NCBI RefSeq assembly: GCF_001194135.2
Contig: NC_068983.1
Span: forward strand, 59,478,508-59,542,507
Reading direction: 5' to 3'
Source of the DNA: Octopus bimaculoides
Lineage: Eukaryota
Length of the DNA stretch: 64,000 nt
Position 1 is the first letter of the stretch; each line of letters begins with the position of its first letter. The notes beneath the pieces are model-generated. The model saw nothing but the letters and a program-made list of their open reading frames with translations. It was not told where the DNA came from and did no database searches. This document shows positions 1 to 12,920 of this stretch, piece by piece. A program made the translations under genes and the position numbers.

Positions 1-544
1 TATATATATATATATATATATATGCATAATGATATGTTTGCACAATGTTTATATTTACTGATTCCATTCACAAGATAGTGGTCAACTGAGACTATAATGG
101 AAAAAGATAATCTGAGGTACACTATAATAGGATTGAACCTAGAGCAGCATGAATACAAAGCAAACTTCCTAACTTCAGGGTCATTTTCTGCCAAGGTTGC
201 AAAAATGAATAACAATAATATATTGGTGTGGATTAATTGACCAACTCATCTCCTCAAGCGTTGGCCTTGTACATAAGGAAAATGAAATCAATATTATCTA
301 TGTGTTTGGTATAATTATCATATTTATTATAGTTACAATTCATTGCTTTTATCAACACCTTCAGGTTATATATGGGTGCTAATACTTCAAAGGCCATTTT
401 CACCACAGAAGCATTGTTAGAAAAACTTGTGACATAAAATTTGAGTTAAACCAAATGTTAAGATAAGATACTTTCTCTTTGATTGAAACATCTGGGTTCA
501 GCAGTAATAGTTCATTGGAAATAAATATCATTAAACCTTTACCT

Positions 545-735
545 AAGGCAGCGAGCTGGTAGAATCGTTAGCACGCCAGGTGAAATGCTTAGCAGTATTT
601 CGTCTGCCACTACATTCTGAGTTCAAATTCCACCAGGATCGATTAAATAAGTACCAGTTATGCACTGGGGTTGATGTAATCGACTTAATCCCTTCCCTCA
701 AATTTGAGGCCTTGTGCTTCCAGTAAAAAAGATTA
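545..735 (+). mobile_element. tRNA-derived SINE, family A (AAGGCGGCGAGCTGGCAGAA...GAGTTCAAATTCC... type), internally deleted and CpG-decayed
   Basis: A-box-like GAGCTGGTAGAA and B-box-like GAGTTCAAATTCC; homologous copies at 8321, 10577, 54020, 54575 and others. Confidence 0.8.
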
Positions 736-1384
736 TTGAATCTTTACTTCAATTCAGATAATTTGAGACTATTGAAGAATTTAGTAAAATAACTTTGTCA
801 TAATTAAGCTGGTGTTTGGAACAAATTAAAAGGAAATTTTGATGAAAAGTTTTAATCCAGTTCGCTTTAAAACAGGAAATGTGTATAAAAAAAAACAAAA
901 CAGGTAGACTCTCAGGCAGATTGATATCAAAAACATTAAGCTTGGATTCTTCAAACAGTTAATCATTAATTAACCATTATCACCATTCCATCATTTAGCA
1001 TCTGCCTTTCATGTTCTGGCATGAGTAGAATGATTCAACAGGGTTTGGTAACAGTTCTGATGTGTATTATGGCAGGATTTTCTATAGTCGGCTGGTCTTC
1101 CTAATGCCAACCAGAGGATACTGGTCACATTCTTTTTATGACACAAGCCATAATGAAGTTGCCAAGCAACTCACAAGATAAAATACACCTTTACCTGAAG
1201 GTAGGAATAATAGAGAGAGAGTGAGTTTTATATTCAGTGTGGAGAGGCTGAAGTATGACAGAGAGACAGTAACAGGTGTTTTGCTGTAGAGATACATGGC
1301 TACCCTACATTATATACCTATCAACATAATTAATGTAAATGGGAATATTGGATATCATCATCAGCCAGTTCCCTCTGCTTTATC

Positions 1385-1598
1385 TTCTACATTTCACTTG
1401 TTTCAGTCATTAGACTACAGCCATGCTTGAAGAATCTTTGTCAAACGAATCAACCCCACCCCAGTACTTACTTTTCTGAAACCTGATACTTGTTCTATCA
1501 GACTATTTTGCCAAACTGCTAAGTTACAGGGACCTAAACACACTGTCACTGTCTGTCAAGCGATGTTGAGGGACAAACACAGACAAACACAGACACAG

Positions 1599-1668
<70 letters not shown>

Positions 1669-1845
1669 ACATACACACAAACACACATATTTCAAGCTTC
1701 TTTCAGTTTCCATCTACCATATCTCTTCACAAAGCTTTGGTCAACCCAATGCTATAGCAGAAGTCACTTGCCCAAGGTGCCATGTACTGGGACTGAATCA
1801 GGAACCAAGTAATTGGAAAGCAAGCTTCTTACCACACAGCCATGA
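1385..1845 (-). mobile_element. tRNA-derived SINE, family B (CORE-like CCTTGGGCAAGTGTC domain, internal microsatellite), reverse copy
   Basis: Reverse complement of the element at 3007-3390; contains the (CA)n tract at 1601-1660. Confidence 0.75.
1601..1660. repeat. (CA)n microsatellite
   Basis: Directly visible. Confidence 0.99.
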
Positions 1846-2263
1846 TCCTACCAATGTGCAAAGAGAGAGAGAGAGAGATTCACATCTACCAAAATCTACA
1901 TGAATCCACTTCTAAAAACCCTGGGACTAACATTTTCATTCTATATGCAGATCCTATCCAACCAATATCCACATCTGAAATTCAATGTATAGAAATATAT
2001 TCTTCCATTGAATCTCCTCCTAGAAAGGTCAATGACATATTCTACATTGGTTTAAAAATGGAATTCATCCAATATTATTCTATTTTGATTTGTATCTAAT
2101 AACTTTGATACAAGTCGAAATGTCAGTTACAAATCAGGATGCCATTTAGAAAGATTTTAATAAAATGATATTTTCAAAAGAAAAGAAAACAAAAAAAAAA
2201 ATTAAAATTAAAAAAGCTAATGAAGAAAAATCATAAACTCTAACTAGTAAAAGAGGAAAACAG

Positions 2264-2403
<140 letters not shown>

Positions 2404-3006
2404 TCCAATGGTGAGCTGCCAAGATTTAACAACCAGTTCACACAGCTGCCAAAGTTTTGAGAGTCATTTTGCTACGCTACCAAACTTTTAAACACCAATT
2501 CTATGTAAAAAAAAAAAATTAGAAGTTCAACAACATAATATAGCTTCATTAATGTAATATTAAAATAGGCAAAAAGCCTGGAATAAAAGGAAATGGTCTG
2601 TATTAGTAAAAAATCAGTCAATACAAGATATGAAAAATTGGTAAAATTTATTTGTCATGAATCCTGCAGAATATGTTTCATTGTTTTGGCCATTTGTCTG
2701 AAAGTAAGGAAATGAGGAATATAAACTGAAGATGAGGTATTGATTGGATGAGGATGGGGATTGCCAAGCAAGAGGGGTGGTGTAAGAGGTTAAGAATTGA
2801 AGGAGGTAAAGAGATGAAGAAAGATAAAAAATTTGGATAGGGAAGGTCATAGAGATATACATCAAACAACCAGAAAAAATGATGCAGTTAGGATAACAGG
2901 GTTAGAATGTTGTGGTGAAAAGAATGGTAAGATAGAAGCTCCAAAACATACATATGTGTGGGTGTATAATGTGTGTGTGTGTGTGTGTGTAAATGTGTAT
3001 GTAGGC

Positions 3007-3390
3007 ACAGAAGTGGCTGTGTGGTAAGTAGCTTGTTTACCAACCACATGGTTCCAGGTTCAGTGCCACTGCTTGGCACCTTGGGCAAGTGTCTTCTACC
3101 ATAGCCTTGGGCCAATCAAAGCCTTGTGAGTAGATTTGGTAGACGGAAACTGAAAGAAGCCCATCGTAAATATGTGTGTGTGTTTGTGTGTCTGTTTGTC
3201 CCCCTATCAATGCTCGACAACCAATGTTGGTGTGCTTACATTCCCATAACTTAGCGATTTGGCAAAAGAGAATGATAGAACAAGTACTAAGCTTACAAAG
3301 AATAAGTCCCGGGGTCAATTTGTTCAACTAAAAAGGCAGTGCTCCAGCATGGTCGCAGTCAAATGACTGAAACAAATAAAAGAATAAAAA
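3007..3390 (+). mobile_element. tRNA-derived SINE, family B, near full length
   Basis: Head GTGGCTGTGTGGTAAG...GGTTCAGTGCC (A/B boxes), CORE-like CACCTTGGGCAAGTGTC, (TG)n, body, and tail GGCAGTGCTCCAGCATGG...CTGAAACAAATAAAAG. Confidence 0.85.
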
Positions 3391-3397
3391 AAGAGAA

Positions 3398-3439
<42 letters not shown>

Positions 3440-4352
3440 NNNNNNNNNNNNNNNNNNNNNNNNNNNNNNNNNNNNNNNNNNNNNNNNNNNNNNNNNNNNN
3501 NNNNNNNNNNNNNNNNNNNNNNNNNNNNNNNNNNNNNNNNNNNNNNNNNNNNNNNNNNNNNNNNNNNNNNNNNNNNNNNNNNNNNNNNNNNNNNNNNNNN
3601 NNNNNNNNNNNNNNNNNNNNNNNNNNNNNNNNNNNNNNNNNNNNNNNNNNNNNNNNNNNNNNNNNNNNNNNNNNNNNNNNNNNNNNNNNNNNNNNNNNNN
3701 NNNNNNNNNNNNNNNNNNNNNNNNNNNNNNNNNNNNNNNNNNNNNNNNNNNNNNNNNNNNNNNNNNNNNNNNNNNNNNNNNNNNNNNNNNNNNNNNNNNN
3801 NNNNNNNNNNNNNNNNNNNNNNNNNNNNNNNNNNNNNNNNNNNNNNNNNNNNNNNNNNNNNNNNNNNNNNNNNNNNNNNNNNNNNNNNNNNNNNNNNNNN
3901 NNNNNNNNNNNNNNNNNNNNNNNNNNNNNNNNNNNNNNNNNNNNNNNNNNNNNNNNNNNNNNNNNNNNNNNNNNNNNNNNNNNNNNNNNNNNNNNNNNNN
4001 NNNNNNNNNNNNNNNNNNNNNNNNNNNNNNNNNNNNNNNNNNNNNNNNNNNNNNNNNNNNNNNNNNNNNNNNNNNNNNNNNNNNNNNNNNNNNNNNNNNN
4101 NNNNNNNNNNNNNNNNNNNNNNNNNNNNNNNNNNNNNNNNNNNNNNNNNNNNNNNNNNNNNNNNNNNNNNNNNNNNNNNNNNNNNNNNNNNNNNNNNNNN
4201 NNNNNNNNNNNNNNNNNNNNNNNNNNNNNNNNNNNNNNNNNNNNNNNNNNNNNNNNNNNNNNNNNNNNNNNNNNNNNNNNNNNNNNNNNNNNNNNNNNNN
4301 NNNNNNNNNNNNNNNNNNNNNNNNNNNNNNNNNNNNNNNNNNNNNNNNNNNN
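3440..4352. other. assembly gap (N run)
   Basis: N characters. Other gaps: 23572-23581, 26008-26178, 29608-29845, 37301-37310, 38787-39079, 45606-46389, 48672-49022. Confidence 1.
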
Positions 4353-4354
4353 AT

Positions 4355-4538
4355 AGTTTTAGGGAAAAGAACCAAGTTTCAAGAACTCATCGATGAAAAT
4401 CCACTATCACATATAGAAAAATTAATGATTAAAAGCACAATAAATGAGTATTATGTAAAACAAAGTAAATATCATAAGATAAAGATAAGTGGATTTTCAT
4501 CGATGAGTTCTTGAAACTTGGTTCTTTTCCCTAAAACT
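4355..4538. repeat. perfect 51-bp inverted repeat with 82-bp spacer
   Basis: 4355-4405 is the exact reverse complement of 4488-4538. Confidence 0.95.
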
Positions 4539-4539
4539 T

Positions 4540-4684
4540 GGCGTTAGGAAGGGCATCCAGCTGTAGAAACTCTGCCAAATCAGACTGGAGCCTGGTGTTG
4601 CCATCCGGTTTCACCAGTCCTCAGTCAAATCGTCCAACCCATGCTAGCATGGAAAGCGGACGTTAAACGATGATGATGATGATA
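4540..4684 (+). mobile_element. 3' terminal fragment of an RTE-type LINE (or derived SINE) with (GAT)n tail
   Basis: GGCGTTAGGAAGGGCATCCAGC...GGACGTTAAACGATGATGAT; matches the 3' end of the RTE fragment at 15481-16185. Confidence 0.85.
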
Positions 4685-5335
4685 TACAGGTTTGGTGAGG
4701 CAAACAGGAAGCATGAGTATAGATATGTTTATTTTATTGATAATTGGCAGAAGTTACAGCATGACCCAGGGGCTGAGACTTTTATGTATTTGATAAGTGC
4801 CAAGGCACAAAAATCTCAGCTCTTGACAATAACTTCTGCCAATTATTAATAAAAAGACACAAGGCTTTGATTGGCCTGGGGTGCCTCATAGTGGGACTGA
4901 ACCCACAACCATTGGTTGGGAAACAAACTTCCTACTACACAGCCACAAAGATCACACAACAAGCCAAGACATGTCAAGAAATTCAGTCATGCTTTCATGG
5001 TGGATGCAAGCAAACAGCACTATTAGCAAGCCATTATTTATTATCAGCAAACACTCATAGGAACAAGGGAAATACAAACTCAAACACACATATGTACACA
5101 CACACACACACAAACAACAAGTTTCTTTCAGTTTCTGTCTACCAAATCCACTGACAAGGTTTTGGTCAGATGCCATACAGTGGGACTGAACCCAAAACCA
5201 TGTGGCTGGGAAACAAAATTCTTAATGACACAGCCATGCCCATAGTTCGTTAAGTAGTTTGTACAAACAATAGGAATAATCACCAGAGAATTAAAATCAC
5301 CAGAGAATCCACTTATTCTGTTTTATTGCATTGTA

Positions 5336-5379
<44 letters not shown>

Positions 5380-6373
5380 GTGTGTGGTTACTCCTTAATT
5401 AAAAATGAGTTATGACCACAGAAGAAAATATTTTGTTACTGATATATATATAGAATTTTATCTTCAGTGACTAACGTAACATTTAACGAAATATCTGATA
5501 TAATATTTATCTTTTTACACAGTTGAATGGACTCATGTACTGAATGTTGTTCCCCTTATTTCTGAGATGGCTGGCTCCCTTGATCTCTAGCATCTAAGCC
5601 ATATTCAGAGTCATGTGTCTGTCTGATAATCTTTCTTTAATTGACAGCCTGACTACTTTCAGTTTCTGGTTCCTCAAGAACCCATACCATGCCAGTGTAT
5701 CTTCAATGATCTTCAACTATTCCTTATGTCAGTTTATCTTCAGCAATTACAATGACATCTATTCTAAAACTGATAACAGAAGCCACACTCCAGAACTCTT
5801 ACACAGCACTTGCCTATCTGCTTCTTAAGTACAATCATGTTGTCTTTTTCCTGTGACTCTTAAATGAAGTAATACTTAAAGTTTTTCAACCCTAGCACTG
5901 CAAGATTCCTTCTGTTACTAGATTTTCCCACAATAGAAGTTAAACTCCATAACAGCAATTGTATTTAACATACTTAACAGCATCTAAATGGAACCTTATC
6001 TCTAGGCTAAAAGTGTTTGTCTTTCTTGAAGACAAAAGAAAAGAAGTTTAAGATGTATTTTAGATTATCCTAAGATTATACTAGATATAAAAAGAAGGGG
6101 GATTTCTACAATTTTATTTATATGCAATTTAGAAATTTCTTTCTGATCACATTATATACATCAAAAATATTGATGACATTCAATAAAACTGAATATTCAG
6201 TCAAAATATTAATATTTTGTATTGATAACTTCTTTCAAACCAAAATTCAGCAATAAGCACCAAGACATTTTTCCCTGTGTAAGAGGCAACAGAAAAGAAA
6301 AAAAAAAGATAATCACAAACATTCATTGATACAAAATTTGTTGAATGGGAAACTTATTAAATGAAATTCTCAC

Positions 6374-6449
6374 CTGAAATTCAATAGAAAGATGTGGGTG
6401 GAAATCTACATCTGAACCCAAAAATGCAGCATGTGGCAGAAAGAAATAA
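6374..6449 (-). CDS. candidate internal coding exon (76 nt; YFFLPHAAFLGSDVDFHPHLSIEFQ), product unrecognised
   Basis: TTTACGCAG acceptor and CAG|GTGAGA donor; only one frame is open. No protein family recognised. Confidence 0.3.
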
Positions 6450-8320
6450 CTGCGTAAAGTATATTGTAGCACTTACAAGTTTTTAATTGTTAGATTGAAT
6501 AACAAACACCAGCTTCGAGTGTCGTCATAGGAAGTCTTTGAAATAAACTACATGCTTTAAGGAATAATTTTGCATAATAGATAGCAAAGAAATGAATTAT
6601 ATCAAAATACAAAGAAAATAAAATTCATCAATACAATAAATAAAAATTATGTTTAAAGCATTGTAACAGACTTTCTACTGAGTATCGTGAAGTTTACAAA
6701 TTCTATCCCAGGAATTGTGCTTCATTAGACAACTATTCATAGAACAAATTTATTTCCATTTTCATGTACGTTAGCTGAAGAAAAAAGGGAGAAATTTATA
6801 TTAAAAAGTGATGTAAAAAAATAATTCCAGGTTTTGCAACTACAGAGAGCATCTCATTCTTATCTCATAACTTTTATATTTGTGTAATTTTTATTTACTA
6901 CTTTGGTTTGTTTGATACCTAAGAAAGTGTCATATGCAGAAAAACTGTTCTTGTTTGATCACCTATAGGCATGGAAGGGGAGAGGTAACCAAATATAGCA
7001 CTCAGCTTCCATCATCAACATCATCCAAAGAAAATTGGTGGGTTAACAATATTCAAAACAGGATCTGAAACAATTAAGTTTTAACTCTTGGCTTTCATAA
7101 AAAAACAGGAACAATGTAGAATTATCACATAGTGTTGCTGATGTTTAGTCACAGATCAATTCTGATCAAGCTAGCTCATGATGAAACGCATTCCAATCAT
7201 TACCATTTCAACCTACTTCTGTGTAATAGACCCAAGATTATGCTATCTTATGTGGTATTCTTTTAAAAAAAACTTTAAGCAATACTGATGAACAGTTAGG
7301 CAAAATATGTAAGGTGGTGCCAATTATAAAACCAAAAGATAAGAAGATACTGTATTACATTGAATACGTTGCCCAATACTTCTATTATATTTTGGGAAAG
7401 ATCCTCCTTATCAAATGTAAGAAAAAAAAAATCCAAGTGTGCAAAGAAAAGCGTTATTATTAGTAAGCCATGCTGGCATACTCTTCATTTTAAGAAAATA
7501 AGGTGTGATTTGCAGAAGATTTAGCTGCTCTTTCTAGCAAGGACAGCAATCACAAATTGGCTCTTTCTTTGGTTTTAGTTATAACATGCTTAATACAAAG
7601 GCATTCAGCAGATGGAAAATTGTGCAGTAACAGCAGTTTCCAACAAATTTAAATCTGATTCTATATTCTCTGAGGACTTAGATTCTTGTTTATGGACCAA
7701 TATAATACAGCTGTGACCAAACTGAAGAATTGGTGAAACAAGAAACTCAAGGTGTGAGTGCATCTGCTATAGAGTAGAAGAAGAATGTGCTACTATTAAT
7801 ATGGTCTAACATCTAAAGATAGTGCTGATTGCTGATATGATTCACAAATATAATTAATTAAATTAGAAGAGTTTCTAGTTTCATGTAGAGTACCAGATTT
7901 AATCAAAATTCTGACAAGGTTATTCATATCTCTCTTTATTTTCCAGAACACAAAAGTAGTAAAGTAGAGAAACTACTGAATTCAGCATTTGCTTTTTAGC
8001 AAACTAATGTGACTGATACGTTTCTGGAAAATAGATACCTAAATAGTTGGTCAAATATTTGATCATTTCTTCTGAACTGGAATAGTCACCAATATTATTA
8101 GTCAATTTAGGTTTCTTTTAGCCAGGCTTAAAATTGACTTTCATCCAAAACTAATGCACTGCAATAATTTATTCTTCATCCATACTCCAGCTACCAAGGT
8201 TGTGGCAATTTATTATTTATACTTGTTCTAAGTTTACTTGCACTTTATCTATCACATACACAAAAATTGTACTTTCTGAATACAAAACTAATATGTTCTC
8301 ACTAATATCAGTTTGCACAT

Positions 8321-8540
8321 TAAGGCAGCGAGCTAGCAGAATTGTTACTGCACCAAACAAAATGCTTAGCAGCATTTTGTCTATCTTTATGTTTTAAGTT
8401 CAAATGCCACCAAGGCTGACTTTGTCGTTCATCCCTTTGGGATCAATAAAATAAATACCAGTTGAGTGAAGGGGCTGATGCAATTGACATATATCCACCT
8501 CCCATGAAATTGCTAGCCTCGTGCTAAAATTTGAAGCCAA
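8321..8540 (+). mobile_element. SINE family A copy (CpG-decayed)
   Basis: Homology to other family A copies. Confidence 0.8.
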
Positions 8541-9298
8541 TACTAATTTGCACATATAGTATATACAGACATATGCACATATATATAGAAACCTTGCCAT
8601 GTAAGAATTAGAAAAAAATAACTGCAACAACTTTTCGAGTGGCTGATGGTTTATTCTGTGAACCAAGAAAGATAGATGGAAGTTGAAAATTTGTTATATG
8701 CTAATAAATATATAAACAAACACATTCCTATATGTAATTTGATAAACAAGAGAATGTTGACTCAAGCAATAGATCAGGTTGGCTAAAGATAACTGAATAA
8801 CATCATACATAGAAAATTCAAAAGTGTGTTACTAGTTATGACTATATTACTGTTTTCATTGTGAACAAGCCTACTCCCATTTTAAAAACACATTTCATCT
8901 CATCAATATTCAGTAGCCTTTCCTGCTCTGTGTTGTGTTATTAAAGAAGTAAACTATGGACCACTACACGAAAGACACATAATTTAGTTTTAGAAGTTAA
9001 TTTCATAATCTTTGCAATTATCCCATTTAACTCCTTAGCATTTAAACCAGCTATATCTAGCCCAAATATTCTGCTCTATATTCAAACTGGCCAGATCCAG
9101 CCTCTCACACCTATCCTACAACGTTATTCTAGAAATAAACAATTACATTTTCAGAGTCTAGAAGCTACCAGATAATGCATAATTGATTCAAAATAAAGTG
9201 ACTAACTATTACATGTGCTAAGGTAATCAGACTGCTATCTTTTCTTACTTCCGTTTGCTAGTACATTTATGGATACATGTATTTATATACATCTAAAG

Positions 9299-9633
9299 CA
9301 GAGGTTCTCAAACTTTTGGGGCCACCACCCCTTCATGGCCACATAATACCCTCAGTGCCCCCACCCCTATGTTTATGTATAAATAAATATTTTATATTTA
9401 ACTAATTCATATATTCTTTGAATCATTTGATATTTAATATAATATTATATAATTTGTATACAATACTATAATAATATTATAATAAATTCATAGGGTCCCT
9501 TGATCCACTGCCTTCCTCCCAATTCCTCCTTTTTCTCTATTGTGATCCCCCACTTCCCCCTTCAGCACTAGTGCCCACCTAGACTGTCTCAATGCCCACC
9601 AGAGGGCAGTAGCGCCCACTTTGAGAACCTATG
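9299..9633. mobile_element. hAT (Charlie-like) MITE
   Basis: TIRs CAGAGGTTCTCAAA / TTTGAGAACCTATG (13/14 match); perfect 8-bp TSD ATCTAAAG at 9291-9298 and 9634-9641. Confidence 0.85.
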
Positions 9634-9719
9634 ATCTAAAGCATAAATAATTTCTCCATTTTGTGGATAGATCCTTGTCAATTTTTTTCCTATTATCATT
9701 GACCACATGGTGAGTGAAT

Positions 9720-9895
9720 CTTTCCCTGCAGCAAAGGCATTTTTCTTGTCCTTCAGAATAGTGAAGATTCATTAACTGGTACAATGCAAATCACATGAGG
9801 TTGAATTTAGCTGTTTTCTGTTCTTCACGTTTTTCACAGCACTTAATTATTTTTCTTTTTAACTTTAAAATGGAAATGGCTTCCTTTGTTCTATG
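9720..9895 (-). pseudogene. possible degraded pogo/Tigger transposase N-terminal (CENP-B HTH-like) fragment
   Basis: Frameshifted translation KEAISILKLKRKIIKCCEK.../TILKDKK resembles the RK.ISLE.K.EII...TILKDK pattern. Confidence 0.35.
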
Positions 9896-10019
9896 CCTGA
9901 TAGATTGGTCAATAGAGAAATCATTCTTCTTGCATATCTTTGAGGGTGGTAAACCTGCAGACACCAAAGGTGATTGAAAATTGCTAAACTATAATTATAC
10001 TGGCACTCTACTGCTTATG

Positions 10020-10295
10020 ATGACAAGGCTTCCAGTTGATCCAATCAATGGAACAGCCTGCTTGTGAGATTAACATGAAAGTGGTTGAGCACTCCACAGA
10101 CACATATACCCCTTCACATACTTCTCAGGGAGATTCAGCATGAAATACAGGCGCTACTCATTTTTACCAGCTGAGAGGACTGGAGCAACGTGAAATAAAG
10201 TCACTTACTCAAGGACAAAATGTACTGCTGGGAATCGAACTCACAACCCTATGATTGCAAGCCAAATACTCTAACCACTAAGCCACATGCCTTCA
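10020..10295 (-). mobile_element. tRNA-derived SINE, family D
   Basis: Minus-strand head TGAAGGCATGTGGCTTAGTGGTTAG...GAGTTCGATTCC; copies at 26590-26912 and 59185-59345. Confidence 0.8.
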
Positions 10296-10470
10296 CAAAG
10301 TATGATTAATGCTGGGAGAAAACACAATATTGCAGCTTGAAGTAACTGTCTTATCTGGTATGTGAGAATGTTTGACTATGTTCTTTCACACATGTTCATA
10401 ATTTCCTGTCACAACTGAAGTTCCCTATATATCACATAGGGGACTGTATATACATATACACCTGCATATA

Positions 10471-10835
10471 GGCACAGGTATGGCTGTGTGGTAAGACAAT
10501 TGCTTCCCAACCACATGGTTCTGGGTTCAGTTCCACTGAGTGGTATTTTGTGAGTGGATTTGATAGACAGAAACCAAAAGGCAGCAAGCTGGCAGAAATG
10601 TTAGCATGCCGGGTGAAATGCTTAACGGTATTTTGTCTGCCATTATGTTCTGAGTTCAAATTCTGCTGAGGTCGACTTTGCCGTTCATCCTTTCGGGGTC
10701 GATAAATTAAGTACCAGTTGTGTACTGGGGTCGATGTAATCGACTTAATCCCTTTGCCTCTCCTTGTTTGTCCCTTCTATGTTTAGCCTCTTGTGGGCAA
10801 TAAAGAAATAATAAACTGAAAGAAGCCCATCATAT

Positions 10836-10871
<36 letters not shown>

Positions 10872-11205
10872 ATGCATAAGCATGTGGGTGTGCATGTTTG
10901 AGCTTGTGTGTGTGCATGTCTGTGCACATGCATGTATGTGCACATGTGTGTGTGTGCATGTATGTGTGTGCATGTGTGTGTGTTCACATGTGTATGCCCT
11001 TACATTTAAGTATGTCCCCCACCACTGCTTGACAACTGGTGTTGATATGTTTACATCCCCATAAGATAGTAGTTTGGCAAAAAATACTGACAGAATAAGT
11101 ACCAGACTTAAAAAATTAAGTGCTGGGGGTTGATTTGTTCAATTAAAAAATTCTTCGAGGTGATGCCCCAGCATGACCATGGTATAATGACTGAAATGAG
11201 TGAAA
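10471..11205 (+). mobile_element. SINE family B interrupted by a family A insertion (about 10577-10812)
   Basis: The B head stops at TAGACAGAAAC and resumes at AACTGAAAGAAGCCC after the A copy. Confidence 0.75.
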
Positions 11206-11800
11206 GATAAACGACACATAGTAGAAAGAATTGTTTTTATTTCTAACACAAGCACAGAGCAACAAAATGGAGAGCAAGGGGTTCGATAAATAAATATATG
11301 CCAGTACATTAGTACTTCAATTTAACAACTCCAAAGGATCAAAAGCAAAGCTGGCCTCAGCAGAATTTGATCTCAGAATGCAAAGAACTGAAACTAAATA
11401 CCACAAAGTATTTTACCCAATGCTCCAACGATTCTGAAACACAGATACAAATCAATACTACACGTAGATGCATAATTTAAATATCAGTGTATATCTGTGA
11501 TACAAAGTAGGCCTACACATAGTAGAGCAAGTTGTGCTGAAAGTATAGTAACTGAATCATCATTTTCTAAAACAAATGACATTACACCAGTTTATGAAGA
11601 GTGCAAGGAATTCAAAATCAATAGAGACAGCATAAATATATATAGGAAGCATACTCTGAATTTACACCTCTGCTCCAATTTTGCAAGTATACATAGATGC
11701 ACATATGCATGTATATATGTGTACACACACATATACATAGGTGTGCACACATACATTTATATATATTATATACATTTGTATATATGTGATATATATATAT

Positions 11801-11851
<51 letters not shown>

Positions 11852-12920
11852 AAAAATATATACACATACACACATATATGCATATATATATTAATGTGTG
11901 TATGTGTGTGTTTATGCGATCATTCTATAGCCTTCTAATTCCAGATTGCATTACACGATGTCTACACAATGTCACTGTAATTTAAGTGTAGGCTAATAAA
12001 TGTCATGCCACTGTTAAATCACTTTTTCAGTACACACTGCAGAAACCATAAATGATACAAGAGGATAATGGAAGAATATTCAGTTTTCTTTGGGCGTTTT
12101 TTTCCCACCTTTTTCTTCAGATAATTTCCAAATCCACTCATAATTTTGCATGCACATTAACATCTTCACACACATAAATATACATCGACATACACTCCTT
12201 CCTATATACTTTTATTCAGAAATAGATGTATGTTCTGGTTGAATTATTTATACTGTAACATTCTTATTGCCAGCACCTGAGGGTAATAAAGATACAAAGC
12301 AAAAATAAGAGAATACACAGTAACATGAATGTATAATCCTTTTCAATAGATAGATAATACTAATATACCACTGCAAGAGAAACAAGAGAATAAAGTAGAA
12401 TAAGTGAGAGGTGGTAACATAAAGGAATTTTTGCTGTGAGCAAGGATGGTTGTTGGAGACTCAATAAAAATAATTTATAGCTCAATATTATTCTATTTAT
12501 CAATAGGAATAGAAGACTTAATGGTGAAAGATAGTGTGCATTTGTCTGAAAGCCATATTTTATTTTATTTTTTATTTCATTTTATGTATGAACTTTTTTT
12601 TTTGTAATTGGTGTTCTACTTGTTTTTCTTCTGGGTCTGAGAAAGAAAGCTGTCGCCAGTTATGAGCAGAGAAATTTATTCTGAGAGTGTGTTTAACTTG
12701 GCTATTGTGATGGTTCGTTTGGCTATCACAGCTGGTTTTGTCAGGTTTGCAGGAACAAGAATTTTTTTTTTTAATGAAAAACAAAGAAATCGTGTGCATG
12801 TGTATATATGTGTACATATATACACACACACACACATACATACACACACACACACACATACACACACATCCACACATCCACATTGCCAATAAATAATTCC
12901 CCCAAAAAAGATAAACGACA

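Noticed and set aside
4488-4530. Hammerhead-like TCGATGA...GAAA in the 51-bp inverted repeat
   Set aside because: Two core changes, no real stem II and no pairable stem I.
11590-11628. Possible fossil hammerhead ATGAAGA...CAAAA...TAGAGAC near (TA)n
   Set aside because: It needs several reversions in the core and the GAAA, so it cannot be distinguished from chance.
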